A stretch of DNA of 64,000 nucleotides. Source: Macrostomum lignano (taxonomy: Eukaryota). Shown piece after piece: positions 1 to 14,100 of the stretch (position 1 is its first letter; the number at the start of each line of letters is the position of its first letter). Position numbers and translations under genes: made by a program. The DNA lies in assembly GCA_002269645.1 (NCBI GenBank), contig NIVC01001274.1, forward strand, positions 124,001 to 188,000, given 5' to 3'. The notes below the pieces were generated by a model. That model saw nothing but the letters and a program-made list of their open reading frames with translations. It searched no databases and had not been told where the DNA came from.

Positions 1-789
1 CATGGAACCATGGGGGCAACTGCAAATTATAGCCAATTACAAAGCTCCTCGGGGGATCGAAGCATCCAGGCAGACGCTGCTGCATCTCCAGCCTCGAAAT
101 GAAATTTTGCTTTTGGCTCCTTATATTTTTGGCTATAGGCTTTATACCGCAGAGGCGCCCTGTGGCCTGTCATCGCTGAAGGGGGAGGGGTGGGTTGCAG
201 GGGTGGGTAGTGAAAAGAACGGTTCGTCTGCAAAGAACGCGATGCTGCTGCATTTTTTTACGTGACTTTGCCGCACACAGCAGCAGCAACGCCATACCAG
301 ACTAGCATATATGCACGCATGCATACCTACCCACACATATGGGCATCTAAAGCGCTTCGAAAGTTCCGTTGACTTTCTGTGAACGCATGCATGTAATGGT
401 ATTTGGTTTAGCTATAATACATTTTGCTATAATGACACTAATATATAACAGCCTGTACGAATGCTTGCAGTGCAACTTAAATATTACAACAGTTGCATAT
501 TAAAAGACCCTAAGTTTTCCTTTAAATCATGGTCCAGCTAAATTATTTTACCTCAAGGGCCTGCAAGGTAGAGAATCTAGCGCATAACTGCGGGGAGAGA
601 GAAGAGATAATAGAGAAGAGAGATGAGATATGGGAGAAAGGAGAGGCAAGAAAATAAAGAAGGGAGAGTAGAAAGAGAAGAGGAAGAGAGGAGATTAAGA
701 GAAAAAGGGAGCTGAGAAGGGACCACTAACTCGAATTTTAAAGTTTAAAGTGAAGTTTAAAAGAACCCGAGGACCGAATAGACAGGCTT

Positions 790-832
790 AGCGGGCCGTA
801 AGCGACCCACCGGTCGACCCTGCCGACCCCTG
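790..832. mobile_element. Possible right terminus of a hAT-type non-autonomous element (...GCGGGCCG...TGCCGACCCCTG); left end not found in window
   Basis: The reverse complement CAGGGGTCGGCA resembles hAT/Charlie-type TIRs. No matching left TIR or TSD in the window. Confidence 0.3.
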
Positions 833-1128
833 CTTTAAATAATTGGTTTGTGCATTAAGTGGGCTCCCGTATTGGACATAAGCCATAAATCACAAATATC
901 AATGCTAATTTATAAATGTTTTTATAATCTATAACAGTTTCGCTGTGCACTTTTAAGTAAATGCGGTTTGCGGTGGGGTGGTGGGTGTGTGGCCATTTGA
1001 TCCCCCACACCCACCCTCTCCGCGGACGCGGCCGTGACCTACTTAGGGTCGGTAGGTGTGTGACCATTTTAATTGGAAGGGCCGCAACCATAAGGAGCAC
1101 CGACATTCGGTGTCTTGATAAGCACTCG

Positions 1129-2785
1129 TGGTTCTTGGTGGGCGCCCCTGTCTCTTGGTTGGCGCCCCTGCCTCTTGGTGGGCGCCCCTGTCTCCTGGTT
1201 GGCGCCCCTGTCTCTTGGTGGGCCCCCCTCCTGGTTGGCGCCCATGTCTCCTGGTTGGCGCCCCTGTCTCTTGGTTGGCGCCCCTGTCTCCTGGTTGGCG
1301 CCCCTGTCTCCTGGTTGGCGCCCCTGTCTCTTGGTTGGCGCCCCTGTCTCTTGGTTGGCGCCCCTGTCTCTTGGTTGGCACCCCTGTCTCCTGGTTGGCG
1401 CCCCTGTCTCCTGGTGGGCGCCCCTGTCTCTTGGTTGGCGCCCCTGTCTCCTGGTTGGCGCCCCTGTCTCTTGGTTGGCGCCCCTGTCTCCTGGTTGGCG
1501 CCCCTGTCTCTTGGTTGGCACCCCTGTCTCTTGGTTGGCGCCCCTGTCTCTTGGTTGGCGCCCCTGGATCTTGGTGGGCGCCCCTGTCTCCTGGTTGGCG
1601 CCCCTCCTGGTTGGCGTCCCTGTCTCCTGGTTGGCGCCCCTCCTGATTGGCGCCCCTCCTGGTTGGCGCCCCTCCTGGTTGGCGCCCCTGTCTCCTGGTG
1701 GGCGCCCCTGTCTCCTGGTGGGCGCCCCTGTCTCCTGGTTGGCGCCCCTCCTGATTGGCGCCCCTCCTGGTTGGCGCCCCTCCTGGTTGGCGCCCCTGTC
1801 TCCTGGTGGGCGCCCCTGTCTCCTGGTGGGCGCCCCTGTCTCCTGGTGGGCGCCCCTGTCTCCTGGTGGGCGCCCCTGTCTCCTGGTGGGAGCCCCTGTC
1901 TCCTGGTGGGCGCCCCTGTCTCCTGGTGGGCGCCCCTGTCTCCTGGTTGGCGCCCCTCCTGATTGGCGCCCCTCCTGGTTGGCGCCCCTCCTGGTTGGCG
2001 CCCCTGTCTCCTGGTGGGCGCCCCTGTCTCCTGGTGGGCGCCCCTGTCTCCTGGTGGGCGCCCCTGTCTCCTGGTGGGCGCCCCTGTCTCCTGGTGGGCG
2101 CCCCTGTCTCCTGGTGGGCGCCCCTGTCTCCTGGTTGGCGCCCCTGTCTCCTGGTGGGCGCCCCTGTCTCCTGGTTGGCGCCCCTGTCTCCTGGTTGGCG
2201 CCCCTGTCTCCTGGTTGGCGCCCCTGTCTCCTGGTTGGCGCCCCTGTCTCCTGGTTGGCGCCCCTGTCTCCTGGTGGGCGCCCCTGTCTCCTGGTGGGCG
2301 CCCCTGTCTCCTGGTGGGCGCCCCTGTCTCCTGGTTGGCGCCCCTGTCTCTTGGTGGGCGCCCCTGTCTCCTGGTTGGCGCCCCTGTCTCCTGATTGGCG
2401 CCCCTGTCTCCTGGTTGGCGCCCCTGTCTCCTGGTTGGCGCCCCTGTCTCCTGGTTGGCGCCCCTGTCTCCTGGTGGGCGCCCCTGTCTCCTGCTTGGCG
2501 CCCCTGTCTCCTGGTGGGCGCCCCTGTCTCCTGGTTGGCGCCCCTGTCTCCTGGTTGGCGCCCCTGTCTCCTGGTTGGCGCCCCTGTCTCCTGGTTGGCG
2601 CCCCTGTCTCCTGGTTGGCGCCCCTGTCTCCTGGTTGGCACCCCTGTCTCCTGGTTGGCGCCCCTGTCTCCTGGTTGGCGCCCCTGTCTCCTGGTTGGCG
2701 CCCCTGTCTCCTGGTTGGCACCCCTGTCTCCTGGTTGGCGCCCCTGTCTCCTGGTTGGCGCCCCTGTCTCCTGGTTGGCGCCCCT
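1129..2785. repeat. 20-bp GC-rich minisatellite (GGCGCCCCTGTCTCCTGGTT)n
   Basis: Direct tandem repeat, ~80 units. It explains all overlapping ORFs at 961-2824. Confidence 0.97.
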
Positions 2786-3288
2786 ACCCCCTATCTCCTA
2801 GGCTTGAATTGTTTGAATAGATAGCAAACTTTCTGGTCTAGCCATTTGTCGAGCTTGTGGTTACCGCAAATTCTTAGGGGGGGGGGGCGGGCGGCGGTCT
2901 CCCTCTGCATACATGTACGCTACCGTGTTTCCTATACTGACTAAACCGCATTATTTTTCCTAGATATTCCGCTGCATCAGTATACGCCTCGCTCGCAGAG
3001 ACACGACATCACCTGTCAAATGTAGAGAGGCTGCAGGACTGCAAGCTTTGTAGTGGCGTGCAGTAGGTTCCGCGTTCAAAGCACTCGATCATTCACTGAC
3101 AGTTTTACCTAGCTTCTCTTAGCCGGACCGCCAAAGACCCACGGCTATCTGCTTTCCTGGGGATGCTTCTGGCACAGAGGGGGTTTTCAGTATACTTGGT
3201 TGCATAAATGTACGGACTAATTGCTGCACCAACTGCTCTCGTACTTCCCAAATTCCCAAAACTTGCAAACATTTGAAGGCATTTGCAA

Positions 3289-3920
3289 GGCACTCATTTT
3301 GACGTCGCCAGGCACTCATTTTAGCGTCGCCAGGCACTCATTTTGGCGCCGCAGGCACTCATTTTGGCGCCGCAGGCACTCATTTTGACGTCGCCAGGCA
3401 CTCATTTTAGCGTCGCCAGGCACTCATTTTAGCGTCGCCAGGCACTCATTTTAGCGTCGCCAGGCACTCATTTTGGCGCTGCAGGCACTCATTTTAGCGT
3501 CGCCAGGCACTCATTTTAGCGTCGCCAGGCACTCATTTTAGCGTCGCCAGGCACTCATTTTAGCGTCGCCAGGCACTCATTTTAGTGTCGCCAGACACTC
3601 ATTTTAGCGTCGCCAGGCACTCATTTTAGTGTCGCCAGGCACTCATTCTAGTGTCGCCAGGCACTCATTTTAGCGTCGCCAGACACTCATTTTAGTGTCG
3701 CCAGGCACTCATTTTAGCGTCGCCAGGCACTCATTTTAGCGTCGCCAGGCACTCATTTTAGTGTCGCCAGGCACTCATTTTAGCGTCGCCAGACACTCAT
3801 TTTAGTGTCGCCAGGCACTCATTTTAGCGTCGCCAGGCACTCATTTTAGTGTCGCCAGGCACTCATTTTAGTGTCGCCAGGCACTCATTTTAGTGTCGCC
3901 AGACACTCATTTTGGCGCCG
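3289..3920. repeat. 21/22-bp minisatellite (GGCACTCATTTTAGCGTCGCCA)n
   Basis: Tandem repeat of the same family as the array inside the MITE at 7771-8227. Confidence 0.95.
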
Positions 3921-4639
3921 CAATTACTCACTATGCAAGGGCGATAGACAAATAACATGTAAATACAAATACAGTACCCATAGCCATATAGAATATCTGC
4001 CTCTTAAGTTTACCAAAGTTACAGCTGTCGACCAAAACTATGGATACATTATACATAATTCAAGATGAGGCTCGCTATCACATATGTGCAACACGCCATA
4101 GCGTCCTATACGCCACACGCCATCTGTTTATTTCCGAACTATGCGAGCTATAATGTAAGGCTAGCACATCTGCATGGCCCTGTGGGTGCCAGAACAACAG
4201 CGAAAGAAGCAAGCTGCATGGCAGGATAGGAGGCTGGGACGCGACCTACAGTATATGCTATATGTTTCCAGCTGCGTTGTGTATTTCTGTATGCGGCCTG
4301 TCTCAGTATTTTTGCCAGTGAAATGGCCTGGTACACTCGCATAGAGGTGAAGAAAAACCCGAAACGGTAAAACAGTCAGCTAACTGTTTCTGGCCTGTCT
4401 GCCTGTCCTCTGTCGTGTGTTACGAGATAGATTGTAGCTCCCTGCGTCTAGCATGCAGATGTACATGTAGTCACTAGATATACGACTCTGGATGAAGTTG
4501 ATGTACTTTTTGTGCAGGAGTGCACAGTTTAAAGGAATTTCCCTGAAGTAAGAAAGTAGTTAACGAAGTTCTTAATGCATTTAGTGCGATATAACAAAAT
4601 CTTCGAACTTTTCAAACCCGTCTGTCTGAATTAGTGTCT

Positions 4640-5522
<883 letters not shown>

Positions 5523-6114
5523 CCTAGGCAGTCTCATGAAATAGCTGGCTAAGTTAAGTTAATCTAAATCTCCAGCCAACGAACCACTGTGGTGTAAAAT
5601 TTGCTAACAGCTATCCTATATTGCTAGGCGCGCATTGGCAGATCAATAATAATTGGCAGGCTTATCCAGTTTATTAGCCTCGTGTCTGCCATCAAGCAAT
5701 TGTTCCTGCCTTCCTGTAATTATATTTACTGCGGAACCCCTTCCGCAGCCCTAAAAGTCTTGAGGAATCGCTTATAAAACCTGCGGTAACGAGACTGGCA
5801 TCGTTAAGCCACTAGAGGGGAAGCGGGATCCTTGATAAATGAGGCAATGGGATCTGCTGGGTGTACCAAATTTGCGATTATAAACCCAGGTTAGCGGCAG
5901 TTTATAAGAAAATAAAATTAGGAAGTTATAAAATTTTCTACGAGCTACCTTTTAATGTTCGGCGTCACAATTATCAAATTTAGGTATTGCATAAATTTAT
6001 AGTGCGAAGCGTCAACTCTTGCTGGGCCTGGTAAAGATGAACGAAAATTTGATTTTTTTGCTCCCAGAGTTGAATGTACATCATGTATCCTAAAGAGATG
6101 CATCCTAAAAGTCC

Positions 6115-7322
6115 ATGAGAATCACTCCGAATCCACCCTGAGACTCACTCCTAATCCACACGAGAATCACTCCTAGTCCGCCTCTGAGAATCACCCCTAG
6201 TCCGCCATGAGAATCACTCCTAATCTCCCATGAGAATCACTCCTGATCCGTTTATAAGAATCACTCCTAATCCGCCATGAGAATCACTCCTAATCCCGCC
6301 ATTAGAATCACTCCTGATACGCCACGAGAATCACTCCTAATCCCGCCATGAGAATCACTCCTAATCCACCATAAGAATCACTCGTAATCCGCCATGAGAA
6401 TCACTCCTAATCCACCATAAGAATCACTGGTAATCCGCCATGAGAATCACTCCTAATCCACCATAAGAATCACTGGTAATCCGCCATGAGAATCACTCCT
6501 AATCCACCATGAGAATCACTCCTAATCCACCATGAGAATCACTCCTAATCCACCATTAGAATCGCTCCTAATCCGCCATGAGAATCACTCCTAATCCACC
6601 ATGAGAATCGCTCCTAATCCACCATGAGAATCACTCCTAATCCACCATTAGAATCGCTCCTAATCCGCCATGAGAATCACTCCTAATCCACCATAAGAAT
6701 CGCTCCTAATCCGCCATGAGAATCACTCCTAATCCGCCATGAAAATCACTCCTAATCCACCATGAGAATCGCTCCTAATCCACCATGAGAATCACTCCTA
6801 ATCCACCATGAGAATCACTCGTAATCCACCATAAGAATCACTCCTAATCCGCCATGAGAATCAATCCTAATCCACCATTAGAATCACTCCTAATCCGCCA
6901 TGAGAATCACTCCTAATCCGCCATGAGAATCACTCCTAATCCACCATGAGAATCACTCGTAATCCGCCATGAGAATCACTCCTAATCCGCCATTAGAATC
7001 ACTTCTAATCCCACCATGAGAATCACTTCTAATCCCGCCATGAGAATCACTCCTAATCCGCCATGAGAATCACTCCTAATCCACCATGAGAATCACTCGT
7101 AATCCGCCATGAGAATCACTCCTAATCCGCTATTAGAATCACTCCTAATCCACCATCAGAATCACTCCTAATCCACCATCAGAATCACTCCTAATCCGCC
7201 ATGAGAATCACTCCTAATCCACCATCAGAATCACTCCTAATCCACCATCAGAATCACTCCTAATCCGCCATGAGAATCACTCCTAATCCCGCCATTAGAA
7301 TCGCTCCTAATCCGCCATGAGA
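6115..7322. repeat. 23-bp minisatellite (GAGAATCACTCCTAATCCGCCAT)n
   Basis: Direct tandem repeat, ~50 units. Confidence 0.95.
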
Positions 7323-7770
7323 ATGGAAAGCAAAAGCTGAGCAGAGAATAAAATAGATAAATTTAATTTATGCAGACAGACTAATCTAAGGCCATAAAAA
7401 AGGCGAGCTGCACTTATAAGCAGAATAGACTGCACTATACTTTAGCTTCAAGATAGATCTCCCAGTCCCAGACGGAGAGGGCAAACAAATTCAATCAAGG
7501 GAGATTGACTGATACGATGAGAAGAGAAGGATCCCGCGGAAAGAGGCAGACAGTAAGCAGCTAAGTCTGATTTAATCTGAGTTAATGTGAATCAGTTTAC
7601 TTATTATATGTATCTGAAGTAACTGTAAGATCGCGCACTGCAGTCATTAACTGAATTAATTCTGTTTTTGAGTAGATTGGCCAGCTAGGACTACGACTAT
7701 TAGGATGGCATAAAAAGGGAAATAAAGATATAATTTTAGCTGCATGAAGTCAGTGGAAGATCGAGGAAAG

Positions 7771-8227
7771 CAGTGGCGTCGCCATGGATTTTATGGTGGA
7801 GGGTGGGGGCACGAAGCCAAGAATTCTATATGTACATGACTAAATTCCTACATACACATTATTTTGAGAATCGGTGTTGTCAGCGCTCATTTTAGCGCCA
7901 CAGGCACTTATTTTGGAGCCAAAGGCACTCATTTTGGCACCGCAGGCACTCATTTTGGCACCGCAGGCACTCATTTTGGAGCCAAAGGCACTCATTTTAG
8001 CGCCACAGGCACTCATTTTAGCGCCGCAGGCACTCATTTTAGCACCGCAGGCACTCATTTTAGCGCCGCAGGCACTCATTTTAGCGCCGCAGGCACTCAT
8101 TTTAGCGCCGCAAGCACTCATTTTAGCGCCGCAGGCACTCATTTTGGCGCCGTAGCTTAGCTTTAGCTTTTACTGGGGGGGACATGACCCCCTGTCTGCC
8201 CCCCCCCCCTCGGTGATGACGCCCCTG
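7771..8227. mobile_element. hAT-like MITE (457 bp) carrying a 21-bp minisatellite
   Basis: Imperfect TIRs CAGTGGCGTCGCCAT / rc CAGGGGCGTCATCAC (11/15). 8-bp TSD GAGGAAAG (7763-7770) / GATGAAAG (8228-8235), 7/8 match. Internal (GGCACTCATTTTAGCGCCGCA)n at ~7885-8152. Confidence 0.75.
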
Positions 8228-8909
8228 GATGAAAGAACAAAGGAACTCTAAATAAGCAAAGTACAAGTGAATTAACAGATCATACACACACCAGATAAGG
8301 CCTATAGCGCCCATTGAAGTAAGCACACTTCAAACAACTTCCTATCTATAGAATGCAGTGCGTACTACACACACACACACACACACAATACCATTAGCTA
8401 CAATATGTAGGCTGCTTTCCAGCGGTCAAGCGGAGGGGCCGTGGGGGGAGGGCAAAACCCAGACAAAGATACCCCACTGTATTTATGTATAAATATATGG
8501 GGATTGGTTAGGAGGGAAAGAGCTTGAATAGGAAGGAATTGAGAGGGGAAGCCAACTAATGCTATATAATTATATATGAGTAAATTGATTGATACACTCT
8601 AAATAACAGGCAATCAATCAAGTCACCGGGGGGTCTAGGCTTGGGCGCTAGCATATAGTTAAGTCGGCCCCTTTTTTAGTAGGAAGCGGCTGCGAGCTAA
8701 TTAGTATATTAACCAACATTCCCCGATTCCGCCCCTACCGAGAATGGAAGCTGGATTCCATTCAACGAGTTTTATCGGGACTACACTAAAAAACTCTTCC
8801 TTTCCTTTCATCTGGTCCGCAGCCATGAGCCGACTACTGGATTAATAGGTTACCAGCGATTGGAACAACTGGAATCTCGCCCAGAACATCTCCTTTCTTA
8901 AAAATATTC

Positions 8910-9219
8910 GGTAGCTTGTAGCCTAGTGAGGCTAAGAGCGTCCGACTCACGACTGAAAGGTCGGGGGTTCGATTCTCGACCCACTCGGAGTAACTTGTGT
9001 TCTTGAGCACTTTACAGTTAAGTCTTCATTGCTTCAGTTCACCCAGCTGCAAAATGGGTGCCAGCATTAGCTGGGGTAATTGAGGCTGTGTGTGGCGACC
9101 CCCCAGTCCTTGGACTGAACAGCCGTACGCAGCCTTCAGATGCGCCACGCAATAGCTGCGGCTGAGCTGTCGGTTGCACATCTGGCCTAATTGTGGGCAG
9201 GTGTAATCAGTTATTATTT
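8910..9219 (+). mobile_element. tRNA-derived SINE, family 1, copy A (CORE/Deu-like central domain)
   Basis: Pol III A box TAGCCTAGTG and B box GGTTCGATTC (8966-8975). Central TGTGT.CTTGAGCA...CAGTTCACCCAGCTG.AAAATGGG resembles the CORE/Deu SINE domain. Second copy at 51499-51807. Confidence 0.8.
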
Positions 9220-10349
9220 AGTCTCATAAATATGTGAATCGCACGACGCACGGTGCAATGATAAAATTTTCCGCAAAAATAACCCAAAATGGGGACTAAA
9301 AAATTGTCTAAAAAGACAAGAAAAGATGATTTCAATGCAACAGCAGCAAAGCGGTTGAAATAAAACTGTGAAAGAATACAATAAAATAAGTATATTTATT
9401 AATTTTTTTTACTAATCAGATAAAGTACGCGGCACAGTGATGGTAGACAAGAGGTTAAGGCTTTATTATAGTGTTTTTTTCCAAGCAAAAAAACGCAAAA
9501 GCAACGCACAGATGAAAGCAAAAGCAAAATAAAAGTTTATTAATAAGTAACCAACTGCAGAGAAGCATTAAACTGAATGAGCAGACATCAATTCCATACA
9601 ATGACAAACAATAAGCACAAAAAACTACATGTTATAAGTAAAACTCTTATCATAACCAGTAACAGTTTGAAACTAAACAGAACTGGAGATTTTAGTTTTG
9701 TTAAAATTCCCTCGTCATTTCCTTAAAAAGAGAGTTGAGTCTTGCGAATTACGGAAGCCGCGCAATTTTGAGTAGCGTCAATAAATACTATTAGTTTCCA
9801 AGGCGAGGGGTGAAGCAAATATATAACATAGTCAGTAATAGTATAAAAGTACAACAAAGTTAAACAAACAATAAAGGCTAGAGTTTCCTATGGGGTGGTG
9901 GGTTTTTATTCGTAAAAAGCGCTTGTACAAATGTACAAAAAGCATAATTACAGTTAATAATATTTATAAAAACACAAAATATACAAAAAACTGTTTAGCT
10001 GACATACAATAACTGTGTATAACTAAATCTATAAACTGTAATTTCATACACAACTTTTAAAATGAACAAAATAACAAAATAATAGAAAACGTTACTAAAA
10101 CATTTTTGAGAAATATAAAAAATTTACAAGCTCGAAGTTTGCCATTCGACACGACCGCAAGCAGTATGTAGGCCTGCTCATAGCTAATCTTACTGGCTAG
10201 TTACTGTAAGTCTACTTAAACTCGAATTCATTGAATTCAACAATAAACGTTAGTCAAAAACGAGGTCAGGTCACACAGTTATGTATGAGAAGCTTTGAGA
10301 ATCAGTGTAATATACAAAACGCGATTGGTCTAATTGAGTACAGCAGTTT

Positions 10350-11010
10350 GATCTAATTAGTCACCTGATAAATTTAATTAGTCACCTGATAAATTTAATT
10401 AGTCACCTGATAGATCTAATTAGTCACACCTGATAGATCTAATTAGTGACACCTGATAGATCTGATTAGTCACACCTGATAGATCTAATTAGTCACACCT
10501 GATATATTTAATTAGTGACACCTGATAGATCTAATTAGTCACACCTGATATATTTAATAAGTGACACCTGATAGATCTAATTAGTCACACATGATAGATC
10601 TAATTAGTCACACCTGATAGATCTAATTAGTCACACCTGATAGATCTAATTAGTCACACCTGATATATTTAATAAGTGACACCTGATAGATCTAATTAGT
10701 CACACCTGATAGATCTAATTAGTCACACCTGATAGATCTGATTAGTCACACCTGATATATTTAATAAGTGACACCTGATAGATCTAATTAGTCACACCTG
10801 ATAGATCTAATTAGTCACACCTGATAGATCTAATTAGTCACACCTGATAGATCTAATTAGTCACACCTGATAGATCTGATTAGTCACACCTGATATATTT
10901 AATAAGTGACACCTGATAGATCTAATTAGTCACACCTGATAGATCTAATTAGTCACACCTGATAGATCTAATTAGTCACACCTGATAGATCTGATTAGTC
11001 ACACCTGATA
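10350..11010. repeat. 23-bp minisatellite (TCTAATTAGTCACACCTGATAGA)n, just downstream of the Frizzled stop
   Basis: Direct tandem repeat, ~27 units. The unit contains the palindromes AGATCT and CTAATTAG. Confidence 0.95.
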
Positions 11011-11159
11011 GACTATATCATACATGACGCATAATAACCACGAAGGTCTGAAACTCAGAATTTCAGCTTCAGTTTCTAAGTAAAATAGACGGTAAAAATG
11101 AAGCAAAAGTTTACTGACAGACTAGATTAGGACAATAATCAGATCAATCAATCAATTTA

Positions 11160-14100
11160 TCAAATAATGATCCTCTGCTCTTCATTGCTGAAATAAGCTA
11201 GCCGGGAAGCATTATTCGGATGCTGTTGCAATTGCTGTTGCTGCTGCTGAAGCAGACTCTGAGCCTGAGGAGCCAGCATAGGATGCCGGAAATCCGGAAC
11301 TGGATCTACAACAGGCTGACTGACTCCGTTAGCAACAGTCGCGCCATTGTTACTATTAGCTGTCTGCCTTGGCGGCGACAAGCGGCACTGCAGCAGGCGG
11401 TACCAAGCCTTCATAGTCTTATTACTCCACACCCACAGAGAGAATGATATGCCAATAATCTGGGAGGTCAGATATTTCAGCATGATAAACTCGAACCTAG
11501 GCTCGCTATTAGAAGCTGCAGCAAGTTGGCTAGCCAGTTCAACAGAGGCTGGATCTGAGGCAAGCTGTTCCACAGCAAGCTTTTCGGCCACTTCGCGCTG
11601 TTGGTTAGCTAAGGCTACATAGTCCCTGGCGCTGCCCCCAGCGGCCATGGCGGCAGCTGCTTTGGCGACCTTCGCCGCCGCCTCGGCCGGGCATGTGATG
11701 CCATATTCTGTGCAGATTCTCTGCCACCAGCCAATCATCCAGTTAGGCATCTCGGCGGCTTCGTATGTCCAAATGCCCAGAGTGACAAACGCCGGCACAA
11801 TGTAGAGCGCGCCTAAGAATCCAATTCGCATGATCAACTTCTCGAATTTCTCAGTTCGACCGCCGCTTTGACTTTTCACGAATCGGCGAATTTTGATTAG
11901 CGACGCAAAACCAATTAGAAGGAAGACGACTCCCAGTAGAAGGAAGATCGAGTTCGGTATAATTACAAAGCCGAGCAGGATGTCCCGGTTGGTGATGCCA
12001 GTGAAACAGATGCCTGCATTGGGGGTGACAAAGTGCGCTGACGTCAATTGTCTTCTAGGGGCGATTCTACAGGTGGATTCTAGGGGCGATTCTACAGGGG
12101 GATTTTAGGGGCGATTCTACAGGTGGATCGATTCTACAGGTGGATCGAGGGGTGATTCTACAGGGGATTCTAGGGGCGATTCTACATTTGGATTCTAGGG
12201 GCGATTCTAGAGGCGATTCTACAGGTGGATTCTAGGGGCGATTCTAGAGGCGATTCTACAGGTGGATTCTAGGGGCGATTCTACAGGGGATTCTAGGGGC
12301 GATTCTACAGGTGGATCGAGGGGTGATTCTACAGGTGGATCGAGGGGCGATTCTACAGGGGATTCTAGGGGCGATTCTACATTTGGATTCTAGGGGCGAT
12401 TCTAGAGGCGATTCTACAGGTGGCTTCTAGGGGCGATTCTACAGGTGGATTCTGAGGCGATCCTACAGGATTCTAGGGGCGATACTACAGGGGATTCTAG
12501 GGGTGATTCTACAACGGATGCTAGGGGCGATTCTACAGGTGGATTCTGGGGGCGATTCTACAGGTGGATCGAGGGGCGATTCTACAGGTGGATTCTAAAG
12601 GCGATTCTACAGGTGGATCGAGGGGCGATTCTACAGGGGATTCTAGAGGCGATTCTACAGGTGGATCGAGGGGCGATTCTACAGGTGGATCGAGGGGTGA
12701 TTCTACAGGTGGATCGAGGGGCGATTCTACAGGTGGATCGAGGGGCGATTCTACAGGGGATTCTAGAGGCGATTCTACAGGTGGATCGAGGGGCGATTCT
12801 ACAGGGGATTCTAGGGGCGATTCTACAGGTGGATCGAGGGGTGATTCTACAGGTGGATCGAGGGGCGATTCTACAGGTGGATCGAGGGGCGATTCTATAG
12901 GTGGATTCTAAGGGCGATTCTACAGGTGGATTCTAGAGGCGATTCTACAGGTGGATCGAGGGGCGATTCTACAGGTGGATTCTAGGGGCGATTCTACAGG
13001 TGGATTCTAGAGGCGATTCTACAGGTGGATCGAGGGGCGATTCTACAGGGGATTCTAGAGGCGATTCTACAGGTGGATCGAGGGGCGATTCTACAGGGGA
13101 TTCTAGGGGCGATTCTACAGGTGGATCGAGGGGTGATTCTACAGGTGGATCGAGGGGCGATTCTACAGGTGGATCGAGGGGCGATTCTACAGGGGATTCT
13201 AGAGGCGATTCTACAGGTGGATCGAGGGGCGATTCTACAGGGGATTCTAGGAGCGATTCTACAGGTGGATCGAGGGGTGATTCTACAGGGGATTCTAGGG
13301 GCGATTCTACATTTGGATTCTAGGGGCGATTCTAGAGGCGATTCTACAGGTGGATTCTGAGGCGATCCTACAGGATTCTAGGGGCGATACTACAGGGGAT
13401 TCTAGGGGTGATTCTACAAGGGATGCTAGGGGCGATTCTACAGGTGGATTTTAGGGGCGAAACTACGGGTGGATTCTAGGGGCGATTCTACAACGGATGC
13501 TAGGGGCGATTCTACAGGGGGATTCTGGGGGCGATTCTACAACGGATGCTAGGGGCGATTCTACACGTGGATTCTAGGGGCGATTCTACAGGTGGATTCT
13601 AGGGGCGATTCTACAGGTGGATTCTAGGGGTGATTCTACAACGGATGCTAGGGGCGATTCTACAGGTGGATTCTAGGGGCGATTCTACAGGTGGATTCTA
13701 GGGGTGATTCTACAACGGATGCTAGGGGCGATTCTACAGGTGGATTCTGGGGGCGATTCTACAGGTGGATTCTAAATAACTGAGAGCGACTAAAGTAAAG
13801 GAAACTCTACAGCCATTGAAACGTAAAACAATTTATTGAATTGCAGCCCTCTCTCACCAGTGAGACTGTCGGCCTCAACTTCGCCCAAAATGAGCAGAGT
13901 AATAGTCATTGCGGCCGGCACAGCCCAGGCCAGAAAGTGAAAATAGTGAGCCAAATTAGAGATTGACTCTTGAGCCCACTGAAATGAGCTGGCTAGCAAC
14001 CAGGTAAATGTGAGTATTAGCCACCAAAGCGAACTGGCCATCATAAAGAAATACTCGACCATAAACAGTATAGCGCACGGCGTGTTCTGATTGGTTCCGC

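Noticed and set aside
961-2824. Long overlapping ORFs (up to 569 aa) on both strands
   Set aside because: Translations of a stop-free 20-bp tandem repeat, with no unique coding sequence.
3051-4115. TIR element enclosing the 3289-3920 array
   Set aside because: The candidate ends (TAGTGGCGTGCAG vs CTATACGCCACAC) match weakly and no TSD was found.
8700-8900. Possible LINE 3' fragment (DWNN-like) next to the SINE
   Set aside because: Too short and degenerate to support without a homology search.
8910-8985. tRNA genes at 8910, 15138 and 51499
   Set aside because: A/B boxes are present but the cloverleafs are incomplete and continue into SINE bodies, one with a clear TSD.
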